NCBI GenBank assembly: GCA_904063045.1
Contig: CAJFCJ010000007.1
Coordinates: 1,570,873-1,634,872 of the forward strand
Direction of reading: 5' to 3'
DNA from: Dimorphilus gyrociliatus
Taxonomy: Eukaryota; Animalia; Annelida
Length of the DNA stretch: 64,000 bases
Under the pieces are notes generated by a model. That model saw nothing but the letters and a program-made list of their open reading frames with translations, was not told where the DNA came from and ran no database searches. Below are positions 1 through 11,600 of the stretch, piece by piece. Positions within the stretch are counted from its first letter, which is position 1, and the number at the start of each line of letters is the position of its first letter. The position numbers and the translations under genes are program-made.

Positions 1-1058
1 TGCATCAGAGACTAAAAACTATAAAAAAGGAGCACACGAGAAGGAAGAATGATCAAACTGAAAGAAGTTCGAAAATGTCTAGAGAAAATGCAGTGAAACT
101 TATGCAAAAATACGAAAGAGAGGCTAAACAAGGTACTTAAATGAAATAAAACCAAGCAAAACCTAAACAAGTGATGTGAAATTAGCATTTATTTTAAGAA
201 CTATCATTACCACTGTCAGTAACTTTATTAAACATTACTTAGCAAAAGAAAAGCTTAGGAAACTGGAGGAGAAGAATAAATGTTCGGGTTCAGGAAAAAA
301 TGAAAATGAAGAAGTCAAAACTGAAAAGAATGAGACGAAAACAAAGGGAGTTTCCGAAGAAGAATTAAAGGAACATATCTACCGAATTGTTAAAGAAAAA
401 TCTGTGAAAAGTTTAAATGCCCCCTTCTCAATGACAGATATAATAAGACAAAATCACAATCTACAAAAGGACAATGCTGAAATGAAGAAGGAGTTAGAAA
501 ATTTAAAGCGAGAAAATAGCAAGTTAATTAGCGATGCCGTGAAGTACCGCAAACAAAGTGATGCTGCTATGGTAAATCGTTTATTATATTTTACGATATT
601 TAAGAGAATTTTTGTAAGAATTGATGAAACTTCTAACATCTTAGACTCAAGTAGGAGCTTCGGAAGATCAAAGAAAAAAGCTGATGGACAGGCTAAGAAA
701 AGAAAAAGAATTGGTGAGCTTACTTGACAATTTTATTGCAAGCTATGACGTTATTTTTTTATTCATTATTTTAGAACAAGCAATTATATTCAGCTTTCAC
801 AAAGAAATCTGCGGACTGGATTGAACATAACAAACAAATGAAGAGGGTGTATGACGAATTGAAATTAGCTTCCGTACGTAAAGATAATTAACAAATGTAT
901 TATATACTGTACAACATATTAATTTTATAAATTAGATGTCACCTGTATCTGTAGTTGGTGCTGAAGAAAGGTTGTACTCTCAACCTGTGAAGAAGAACAC
1001 TGACTATCCAAGAACTATGTTTCCTGTTGAAAAATATGACAGAGCTAACGTTGACTGA
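1..1058 (+). CDS. 3' part of a multi-exon lysine/glutamate-rich coiled-coil protein of unknown function (5' end outside window)
   Basis: Open frame from base 3 (HQRLKTIKKE...EAKQ) with gt donor near 132, ORF 176-727 (KEKLRKLEEK..., heptad-like NLQKDNAEMKKELENLKRENSKL), terminal exon ending ...KYDRANVD-TGA at 1056-1058. Internal splice junctions not fully resolved. Confidence 0.5.
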
Positions 1059-1294
1059 TAATTCATATATCTTAATAATCTTATAAAAATTAAATTAAAG
1101 TATTTTATATTACATCAAAATCTCAGTTTGTATCCTATTTTTTTTCAATAAGGTTAGTTAACTTTAATAATTCTTCTCATTTGAATGAAAAATTTAGATA
1201 GTTTTCTGAGCTGTGCAAATTACGTTAGCAATGACATCTGCGGGAAAAGTATAACATTTTTCTAGTACATGTTAAAATATTTTTTTTTTTATTC

Positions 1295-1799
1295 TTACAA
1301 ACCCATACTATATTCTCGAATGTCATTAAGGTACTTATCTACTTCCCCTTCCTTCTTGTATCTTTTATATGGCTGAAAGTAATTCTTGTTATGTCTAATT
1401 TCATAAAATTAAAAGTCATTTTACTGTTAAATTTTTCGATTCTTTTGAATGATAAGGATTTTGTAAATCTAATTTATCATCCGTAGAAAAGTTTGCGTTC
1501 ACATTACCCACAGTGGATTCAGTAGTAGCTCTGAGTGCTTCCTCTTAAAATTATTTTAATAATTTAATTCAATAAGAATACTAAGCAAGTAAAGAAGGGA
1601 AAATACCAATTTTAATTTGAGATTGGAAATACTCTGCTGAAAATTTATAGATGTCTTTTGGTTGATTTTTAAGAACGGCATATGATAAATTTTTGAGAAT
1701 ATTACTAAAATTCTCAGGTACTTTTATTGATCTATCCCGATTGTTCAATAGAGAATGGTTTACAGGACATTTACGACGGTCAAAATTGTTTAAAGACAT
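1295..1799 (-). CDS. Small RIIa dimerisation/docking-domain protein (Sp17/CABYR/ropporin-like), 3 predicted exons
   Basis: IKVPENFSNILKNLSYAVLKNQPKDIYKFSAEYF matches the RIIa D/D fold signature. Phase-compatible exons downstream (EEALRATT...; PYKRYKKEG...YSMGL*), with AATAAA right after the stop. Confidence 0.7.
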
Positions 1800-2013
1800 A
1801 GTATTTACTATATATAGAGTAAATTATATTGGGAAACATTTGAAAGCAATAAATGATGTCAGAAATATGCATATGATACAAATTATGTAGGGAATAATAT
1901 CATGTCTAGAAGCTATTGAGGAATTGTGAAATTCAAAACTCTATAAATACTAACTATATCAAGGATATAGAATTAATATATTACAAAACTAGAATTGCTT
2001 CTCTTATCTTTTT

Positions 2014-2040
2014 TCTGTCTCTCTGTCTCTCTGTCTCTCT
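2014..2040. repeat. Short pyrimidine microsatellite (TCTGTCTC)x3
   Basis: Direct reading of tctgtctc tctgtctc tctgtctc tct. Confidence 0.8.
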
Positions 2041-3134
2041 CTTCTCTTTTCTATGTCTAAAGGCTTCGTTATTGTTATTTCTTAATCGATTTATCGCTTT
2101 TATTACGCCAACTAGTTGAATGATTTTTAAAATATTGACACCAGCATGAGAAAAATAGTAAAAACAAGCTCACATATTCTTCGAAATAATTTCAAAAATT
2201 TAATAATAGAACATGTTTTATGTTTATTTTATCTATGAATAAAGAAAAGGTTCAAATAAAAGGTTGATTCACAAGTTATTAGGGATATTTAATACTGTTA
2301 GGGTGTTGTCGATGAAAAGGATAACAGGAGAGGTACTATGTAGAAAGTATCTTCTGTTATAGACCGACCAATGGATTTTCTTATGTATACAGTATGAAAG
2401 CATGACTCGTCTTTCTAATATTTACTTTGAAAATGAAGTTCCTGTTTTTATTAAGGAGATTGAAATGTGTTTATATAGATATTTTAGCATCCCCGATCCT
2501 TTACATTGATTATTAGAAATACTATAAACATTTGTTTATTTTTATTTCTTAGCATTCGGAACGAAATAGAACGGAAGCGATTAATTTGTTTTTATTATTC
2601 TTATCGAACGCTTTCAATAATACGTATAGTTTAATCTTATTTTTAAATATAAAGTTCTGACTCATTTGAAAAATATGTAATTTCAATCACTCTATCTATT
2701 GATTTAGTTACTTTGCTTTAAAACATATTATAAATAGACCACTATGGAATCCTATATATTCTTAATTAAAGTATTAAAAGGAAATTGAAAAAATTCATGC
2801 AAAAGTATATTTATTTTCGGTATTGAATCTTCGGATTGGCAAGTTATAGTCTCAATAGCTAGGATATTTTTAATAATATATAAAATATTTATTTTAAAAT
2901 TAATGTGTTTCCTATACTATGAGAAGTTGGTATTTATCGTCATCGTTGCAACATATATAATAACATACACTGAATATGAAAATAGCTGAGAAAAGTATTC
3001 AATAAAAAGTTTTGCATTGAAGTCTCTTCAATAGATATTGATTATTCATGCCGCATAACAATTGCTAAACACCGGCCTAAGGCGTGTCAAAGGAGGCCAG
3101 AACTTAATAGCTGTCAGTCCTGCTTCAAGTCACT

Positions 3135-5402
3135 ATGGTTAACCCCGAAAACATGATTATGGATGTTGATCTGTTGAAATGTACTCGACGAATGTTGGAT
3201 ATCTTTTCAACGTTCACAGATGCTTTATTATTTGACGAAACTGTTCTCAAGAATGCTCTAAAACGATACGAAACGCAATGGTTACGATTGGCGTCAAGAT
3301 CGGATGGTCTGAGAATTCTCCCACCTACAGATATTTATCTTGTTTGGATAATACATATGCTCTTACCACAAACTTACGAAGCTGACTGTGAAAGATTGTT
3401 CGGAAGGAATGTTGAACATATTTTACTAAGCACTAATAAACGAAGTAAAGCAATACAAACTGCAGAAAATCGCTGGCAGGATGAATTTAATGACGTTTTC
3501 ACATTAAATTTATCTGATGTTAAAGTAATTGGAATGTGTAGAATTTTAAACTATGTATTTAAATTGTTTTTCTTTACAGACCTACGATTTCGCAAGAGGA
3601 TATCAACAACAAACCAGTTTCGATATTATTGAAGGCGCACAAAATCTGAGAAATTTAATTTATCAACTCAACCAAACTCACTATCATGATTCGAAATTCA
3701 TAAGTACTGCTATCAAGCGGTATAAGAGAATAATTTATCTTCAAGCCAGACATCCCGATGAAAAACTGATTCCCTTAAATGATATTATAGCAGTTTGGTG
3801 TGCTCATAGGCTAATGCCAAGCAGTTATAGAATGTCAATGAGAAAGATTATTGGTTCTCTTCCTAAACATGATTCTTACTGGCCAGATGAATTCAAGCAT
3901 GATTCTGAAGATGTTGATACTTTTCAAAGAACACGTCAGTTGTGGAAGTCAGTTTATGGTAATAAAAAATTCACTGTTCCTGGAGCTATGTTCAGAGGTG
4001 AAATACCGACATCCATGTTGTATAAGATGACATTTAAAGATTATAGAGAAGTGGGTCTTACACCAGAAGCTCTTAAAATCTGTGATGTAAGATTAGATCT
4101 TGAGGTATAGTGCATTAGACGGCCTGTAAGTTTAATATACTATAATTTTCCGATTTTTTAAAATAGGCTGTTGAAAAGTTGGTAAAAATTTACGAAAATT
4201 CAATTGATGCTGGTATTTCGCATAGTCGTCTAAGTGTGGAGGCAACATACTACGATACCGATGTCTACGATAGCAGCTATTACATTTTAGACGATGGAGA
4301 AGTAAGGAAAGGCGAAATTGAACATCAAACCCCTCTCTCTATACGAAATTTATATGAAGAAACCGGCCTATACTTAAGTATAGAATATTATATGATAGAA
4401 AAGTCGACTGGGAAAACGTATGAGGAGCAGCTAGCTAAGACAAAGTTGCCGATAGCTCGTTTCTTTACCTCTGAAAGCTCTGATGAAAATGCTATTCTCG
4501 AGTTATCTGTACCAATAACATTTAAAAGCATAATTCCTCATGATATGGAAATTGGAGCATTAATTACTGCGACTGTCTCCGACTGGAAAGCAACGAATAT
4601 CTCACTCCGTATGACCGAAGAAGGGGCATTTGAAGCAGTTCGATCCAAGAAAGATTGGCTAGACGTTTGGGGTCCTATGGCTTTGCCTACACCGGTCAAC
4701 GATAGCGATTTCTCTTATTCCTTTGCAACGCATAGGCTATTTGATACTGAAGAAGAAATTAAATTTACAGCAAAAGTTATACATTGCTTACCTCTAAGAA
4801 TGTCAGCCATTCACATAGGAAGAGACAACCGTATGATGGCCCTAGTGCATAGTATAGGTAAAGAGCACCTTCCACATCCCAAACAGCTGTCGAAGCCGTC
4901 TGAAAATGTAAGTCTAAAGCAAGAAGAAGGAGAGAGAGCAGTCATTGTAAAGACGATATCTGGTGATGAAGCCATAGTGAAAGGTATATGGAAAGGTCAC
5001 GAAAATGGTCATGATGAAATGGTCGTAACTATATATTCTCTCAAACCAAAACTAGTTACAAAAACTCACCACATACACCTGGACGAAAATGTTAACCATA
5101 TCGGCAATATTGCATTTAATTTCAGAAAACATGTTATAGAAGTAGGTGTGCCATTCAAGCACTCGTCTTTCGAAAGTCATTTGGGTATATCATGGGGCTG
5201 TTTGCTTTTATTGGCTTTATGCGCACCAAACCCAGACAGGTATAGCTCTGAACCGTTATTAACAGCGGCTGGTCTTGGCTCACAAATCCCTTCCAATCAT
5301 TATTTATACATGTACGATGATCATAATGATATTCCTATAGGAGATTCAAACTTTAATCCTCTCTCTAAATATAATGGAGTGCATTATCCAGATGAATATT
5401 AA
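3135..5402 (+). CDS. GRDP-like protein with two DUF1399-type repeats and a long C-terminal region, 3 exons
   Basis: Two copies of the motif AxKRY...L.P..DI..VW..H.L.P..Y (NALKRYETQWL...ILPPTDIYLVWIIHMLLPQTY and TAIKRYKRII...LIPLNDIIAVWCAHRLMPSSY). Phase-0 GT-AG introns near 3526-3579 and 4106-4167. Confidence 0.75.
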
Positions 5403-6281
5403 TTTCAAGCAAACTTTCAGAGTAAAAATTATATTTTATTTCTTTCATAATAAAGCGTTCATATCCTATACAAATTTTTCCATTTTCATAAAGTCATTGA
5501 TCAACAATCTATAAAGTAAACATAAACGATTCTTAAGTTTTTTGTAATACACTTCAGCATAAAACTTATTACTGTCTAAAATTTTTGCGAATATAGTATT
5601 GCTTTGTTGAAACCATTTCCCGCTGTTAAAGTCTTTCTTTGGCGCTAGTTCTATTTTATAAATAAACGGTTCAACAACACTTGCTCGAGAAGATTAGTAA
5701 ACTGCTTTATCTTTAATTTAATTGATGTTCCTTAATAAGATTTAAACTTGTAATTACTATTAAGTAATCACTAATTAATCTAATTAAATAGATTGTTAAA
5801 TTATTTAATTTATTATCTTAAAGTTGATCGATATCTGATAACAAAGAATATTTTTCATTGGATTTTCGTATTTTGACGATAATCTCATAGTTGTCGATCG
5901 GAATAATGAATGCAAGATTCTGTTTGTAAATAAAAAGATAAGAAAAATCAGTTCATTGTATATAATGTAAAATAAGAACAACGTTTTTCAAAATTAACAG
6001 TTTTTACAATTGAAGTTTTTAAAAGTGCTTCTCATTAAATCTGCTTGTTTTGCTATCAATAAACATAAAGTATTTATGAAAATAACCATCTTTCAAAGTC
6101 TACTCCTTATCTATCATCAAACTTTGCCATAATCAGTTCATAGACCTTATGTTGCTTCGTAGCGAAATTTTTAAATGTCTAAATAAATATAAATACTTTA
6201 GTTTAATTGAGAAGAAACATATGTCTTTTGTCCTTTGACACGGAATATTTTCCTCTAACAAAGACAAATTCATTTCCAAAG

Positions 6282-8365
6282 ATGGTTGAAAAAGAAATAA
6301 AACTACAAAGACGCTATGGAATTTTACATGGTGTCGGTGTAATTTCTGGATTAGTATTTGGGTCAGGCATCTATGTTGCACCAACTGGTAAAAAATACAA
6401 TTTGAAATTGATAAGAAATGATTTTTTGTTTTAAAGGTATTCTTCGTCAAGTCAATTCAGGAGCTTTAGCTCTTATAATATGGTTAGTAAGTGGGATACT
6501 TTCGTTTGTAGGAGCATTATGTTATGCAGAACTAGGTTTGAAACTTTATTATTTGTAGTATTTTAAATAAAATAATAGGATAAAAGAATTTATCACCTCT
6601 TGTTTTGTTAGTTTGTTTTAATATCGATAATTCGTCCTGTATGGAAAGACTAATTCTCATGAATTATTGACCTCATCTAGGTACAACAATTCCCTCTTCT
6701 GGAGAGAAATATACTTATCTCAGTGAAATCTACGGACCAAAAACTGCATTTGTTTATGCCTGGACCTACATATTACTTTTTCGACCAGGGGCTAATGCTG
6801 TAAAATGCCTAACTTTTGCGAAATATGTTCTAGAACCCATATTCGATTGTGGAGACGTACCAATGATGGCAGATATGTTTCTCGCTATTATATTTTGCTG
6901 TTTAGTAACCTGATAGCATTTTATTTCTTTGTAAAACATCCTTTTTCAGGGTTCTTGGTCATAATTAATTGCTTCTATGTTAAATGGTCTGCACGAACTC
7001 AAACCAGTTTTACTATATGTGGAATAATTGCGCTACTTAGCATCATTATTACGGCTGTGGTACATGTTTCTTCTGAAGGTAGATGCATTACACGAAAAAA
7101 AAACATAACAAACTTTCTCATTTTTTCCGGTTAAGGAAAATTGAATGATCCCAATTTTGGATTGGATAAGGCAACGGTATCTGCCGAAAAGATTGTCCTA
7201 GCATTTTATTCTACATTTTGGGCTTACGGAGGCTAGTGAGTATCATAAAAACTTAATATATTTGTTCATTCAATCGAAATTTCTTTCATAAGTCAAGCAT
7301 TGAACTTTATTGTTGACGAAATTGAAAAACCTAAAAGGTAAATGTGTACAAATAATTCTTTTCAAAAGGAATTTTTGTTTATTAACTAAATGTTTAATCA
7401 ATCAGAAATCTTCCAATAGCAATAGGAATATCTGCAATTATTTCTATTGTATTTTACATCTCTATAAATTTTGCATTTATAGCCGTTCTGGGTTCAGAAA
7501 CTGTTGCTAATACTGTAGCTGTAGGATCTGTAAGAAACTCTCTTTTCGAATAATCGTAAATAACATATTTTCTCAATCAGCTTTTTGCAAAAAAAATGTG
7601 GGGACCACTATGGTTTCTTATATCGATTTGTATCTCTATTAATTTAGCTGGCTCATTCAATTCTGGGCTTGTTATTGCGTCAAGGTTAACATTTATTGCC
7701 GGAAAAAAGGGAGATTTTGGATCTGCTATGAGTCTAGTTAGCATAAAATATTTGTCACCAGTGGTAGCAATCCTGACTGAAGTAAATTATTAAATTTATA
7801 AATAGCTCATGCTAAAAACTTTTCTTTTATGAACAGGGAATTGTAATTACTCTCGCTATTTTGGTTAGAGATATTTATCTCATATTGAATTTATCCGTTT
7901 TCTTTAATCAAGCCTCGGAAGCTCTTGTATTCCTGGGATTAATTATTTGGAGGTTTAAAAAGCCAACTATGGATAGGCCTATTAAAGTATTTATTTATAA
8001 AATGAATTGTAACATTGTAACTTTTATATCATTCGTGTCTTACAGCTTCCTCTTCCTTTATTAATATTTTTTGTAGCCTTACTGTTTCTCCTGTTAATTG
8101 TGACAGCTTATAGTAAGCCCCTTCATACAGTTTTGGGATTAGCAATTTTCGTTTCGACTGGATTGGGATATTATTTCATTTTTGTATCTTGGAAGAACAA
8201 ACCGAAAAGCTACCTGAAATTACGACGTGAGAAAATCATTTAGAAAACTATTAATAGAATATGTGGACCGTCTAAAACCATATTTTGATTTCTTATTTAG
8301 ATACCGTAACTGTATTTCTTCAAAAGCTCTTCTACGCTGCAAATGAAGATACTGATGACTCGTAG
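6282..8365 (+). CDS. SLC7 light-chain (LAT family) amino-acid transporter, about 11 exons
   Basis: GSGIYVAP (TM1), ALCYAELGT, YTYLSEIYG, FWAYGGY-QALNF (TM6), RPIK loop and C-terminal FLQKLFYA, all typical of LAT/b0,+AT. Short GT-AG introns join the exons in frame. Confidence 0.9.
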
Positions 8366-8609
8366 ACCAGTTGAACAGCCTGGATTTCTTTTTTTGGGAC
8401 ATTTTGATTGTTTATCAGAAGAAATTTTGCTTCTATCGTTAAAGGAAAGCATTGAACTCTATACACTACCTTTAAACAGTTTAACTTAATTTGATAAAGT
8501 ATTTTTGTACATAAATTGTATCCAAATAAAGTTCATACAAACAATTACTGCACACTTTTCAGTGTTTGTCAGTACAATATAGTAAATAAGATGCTTAATA
8601 ATAACAAAG

Positions 8610-11600
8610 TTATTTTCTTTTAAAACTATTGCTTGAGCTTGAGCTTTTAACAAGAAATGGTCTATTTTCCAAAAGACCTGTAGGTTTGAATCCGTTATTG
8701 ACGGTTGGTGATTGATGATGACGATCATGTTCGATTGGTGAGTGATGCCCGTGAGAAATTCTTAAAGAGATTTTTGCTAAGCTCTTTTTCTCTCCTGAAC
8801 GACTCTGTTTAACGATTTAGTTTAAAATCACAAAGTTAGAGATCCTATATCTATAATTACCTCCAAATGACCATTTGTCGTTTCTGAAGAATTAGCAAAA
8901 GGTTGTTGACAAATAGGTGTATTGTCAGTGTGACCGTGATAAGATCGTCTCAAACTATGCACCCTACTTCCAAGCGAGCCACTCAAAGGTTTTGTAGAGT
9001 CACCTCGAATAGTTGCACTTACGTGAGACACTTGAGAATATACTGTATTTGGTCGGGACGTTTGCGTAACAACGGGAGTTTCTTCCAACTTTCCGAAGTT
9101 ACTATGAGCATTCGAAAGTTCTCTGAAGTTAAATCATTACTTGCAACATATATAGAAAACTATTTTTAATCCTACTCACTCTGTATGGGTTAAAGAAATC
9201 ATACTTGTTGACTTTTGATTTAGCCGATGTCTACGACGTTGAGTACTAGGTCTTGATTCATGTTCTGGAATAGATGAAGAGGTAGGCGGTGTGGGACGTC
9301 TTGGTGTTGTATCGACAAAAGTGGCTTTTGGGATGCATTGCTGTTCAGGACCTAAATTCGCTGAACTCTTTTCCTTTGCCAATTTCAAACTCTGTTTATA
9401 TTCTTTCACTGAAGATGGCATGGTCGGTCCGATTTTTTGATCTTGACTATTTTTGAACAGAGCTAGGACTGTCGAACCATCTCTTTCGCCTCTTTGAGGA
9501 ACCTTTGATGCTTCTGCAGGTTCCATTGAATCTCCCTCTGTTCGATGGCACAAATTAGTTGATTCGTCTGCAGGATGATTTTTCTTTTGATTCTCTTTCG
9601 TTACTGAGATAACATCATCAGCGTAGCTCTCTAATTCTAAAGCAGCTTCTTGATGATGAAGTGACTGAAGGGGTGTTTCGCCTCTGGGAGGCATTTGTAA
9701 CGGATTTCCGTCTTTTGTAAAATTTTGGGCTACGTTTGAATCCGATAGTGGTATAGAACCTCTTCTCATTGATTGATTGGCTGATCTACAAAACGTCCTG
9801 TCGTGTTTTTGCTGCAAGTAATCAAATTATCAGAAATGCCATCTGCCAATAAACGAAAAAGAAAATTTACTTTAGATTCAATATTAAGTAATCTTTCCTG
9901 TCTCTGCTGGGCGGAGCTTAACTCTGCAGCATGTCTTTGCTGATAATGAGGGCTTGCGATCCTTCTCTCACTAGATGCACTAGATGGCTTCATTGAATAC
10001 TTGTATCTTGTAAGGTCTGCGAGGTCCTCTGATTGTTCAACACGAGTTAAATTAAAAATATTTTCAATTGATCATTAAAAATTGTAAAAATATTAGAATG
10101 CAAAATAAAATTCAAAAGTAAACAGCAAAACATCTTTAAAAATTGTCAACAAAAACGCCAACGACTACAGTCACATAACTGACCGTTTACTTTAAGTCGC
10201 CGTCGGCACAAAGACGATTCGAATGAGCACTCTATTTGTGAGGAGGAGAGGCGTCTAAGTGAAGAATGATCCCATAACTGTAAACATTCTGCAAAGGCGA
10301 AATAAGGGGTGCATCAAAGCAACACACGAGTATTCGGAACAAAATTATGAACAAAACGTCGGCACTGCAATAATAACGGCTACCCGTGGAATGTAATTCG
10401 ATGTCACCAAGACATCGTACATCTTCGGTAGATACAAAGGAGCATATGCTAGGCAAACGAAATTCAAATTCTTCCGTACTGCCGATACTTGTTTTTCGTG
10501 TACGGGAAGCTGATCTGGAACGTACCGTTGAAAGAGGCCGCTTGTCTTGCGCAACCGAAATATCTAGAGACGGTTGGACTGTCTCATTATGTTCCAATTC
10601 GTCTCCACTACTTTCTGCAGTCGGATGAATTGAATTCGAAACTCATGTATAGATAACAGAATAAAAGCAAGAAAGTATCTAATAGACGCTAGAATATATT
10701 TTTTTGCTGCTCGTGAAATTTTACCTTTCAAACAATAGCCGAGCGGCAAAGGTGGTGCTGTATAGAGGAAATCGAGTATAAAATGCGATTGACGCATTGG
10801 ACTCACCTGGAAAACGTCGCCTTTGTAAACAATGACCAACAGGGACATTTATTGGTTCGGGATATGTAAAATTTTCGCCTTTTGCAGTATATCGAAAATG
10901 AGGAACTTCTGCTGGGTGGGATAGGAGGGTTCGAAATGGGATACACAGCATGCATATTTCCTACTTATAACAAAAACAAGACAAACCTTTTTCATTTCCT
11001 GAGCTTTGTAAAACTTTTTGCTTTGAATAGGCGTCCGTTATGGCGTCAAGATAGTTCTGAAAAATAATGTTTTCGTAAATCTCGAATATTGTAGATGACA
11101 GAAAACACTCAAGTATAATTATTAATAGTTGCTATCTTAACTTCTATTGAAAATGAAAAGTGCAACAGATATTAGAAAAGTATACCGGCATCAAATTATC
11201 GAGTAGTACCTTTCCGCTAACATCAGTTTTATTTAAAATCAGCCTATCGTCGACCTTATGATGAACTACAATAGATTGATGGTTTCCATCATCGTCAAAT
11301 GGTTTCGTCCTTTTGTTAGTATACTTGAGAGGCTACAAAAAATATGAAGAAAACGATAGAGCACATTAAAACTGTACATACAAAAATTAATTGAAAAAAT
11401 AATTCAAATTTATATACATCAAATATTGTCTAAGATGTATATTTTTAATCAAAATTTTATACAAAATACATAAGGAATGAGGAAAAGATTTAGTATAAAA
11501 CATTTTAAAGTTGATAGCACAGTAAATATGAAGAATTTTAAATACCTCCTTTTCACTCTTCTATTTTTATGCCAAGGAAAGCAATGGTAAACAAAACAAA

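Noticed and set aside
1950-2510. Exon-like frames on both strands (minus ...GVIKAINRLRNN...RETERQRDRKK; plus TDQWIFLCIQY...)
   Set aside because: I could not build a coherent gene: it needs a 30-nt intron or lacks a start, and the charged stretch is just the translated microsatellite.
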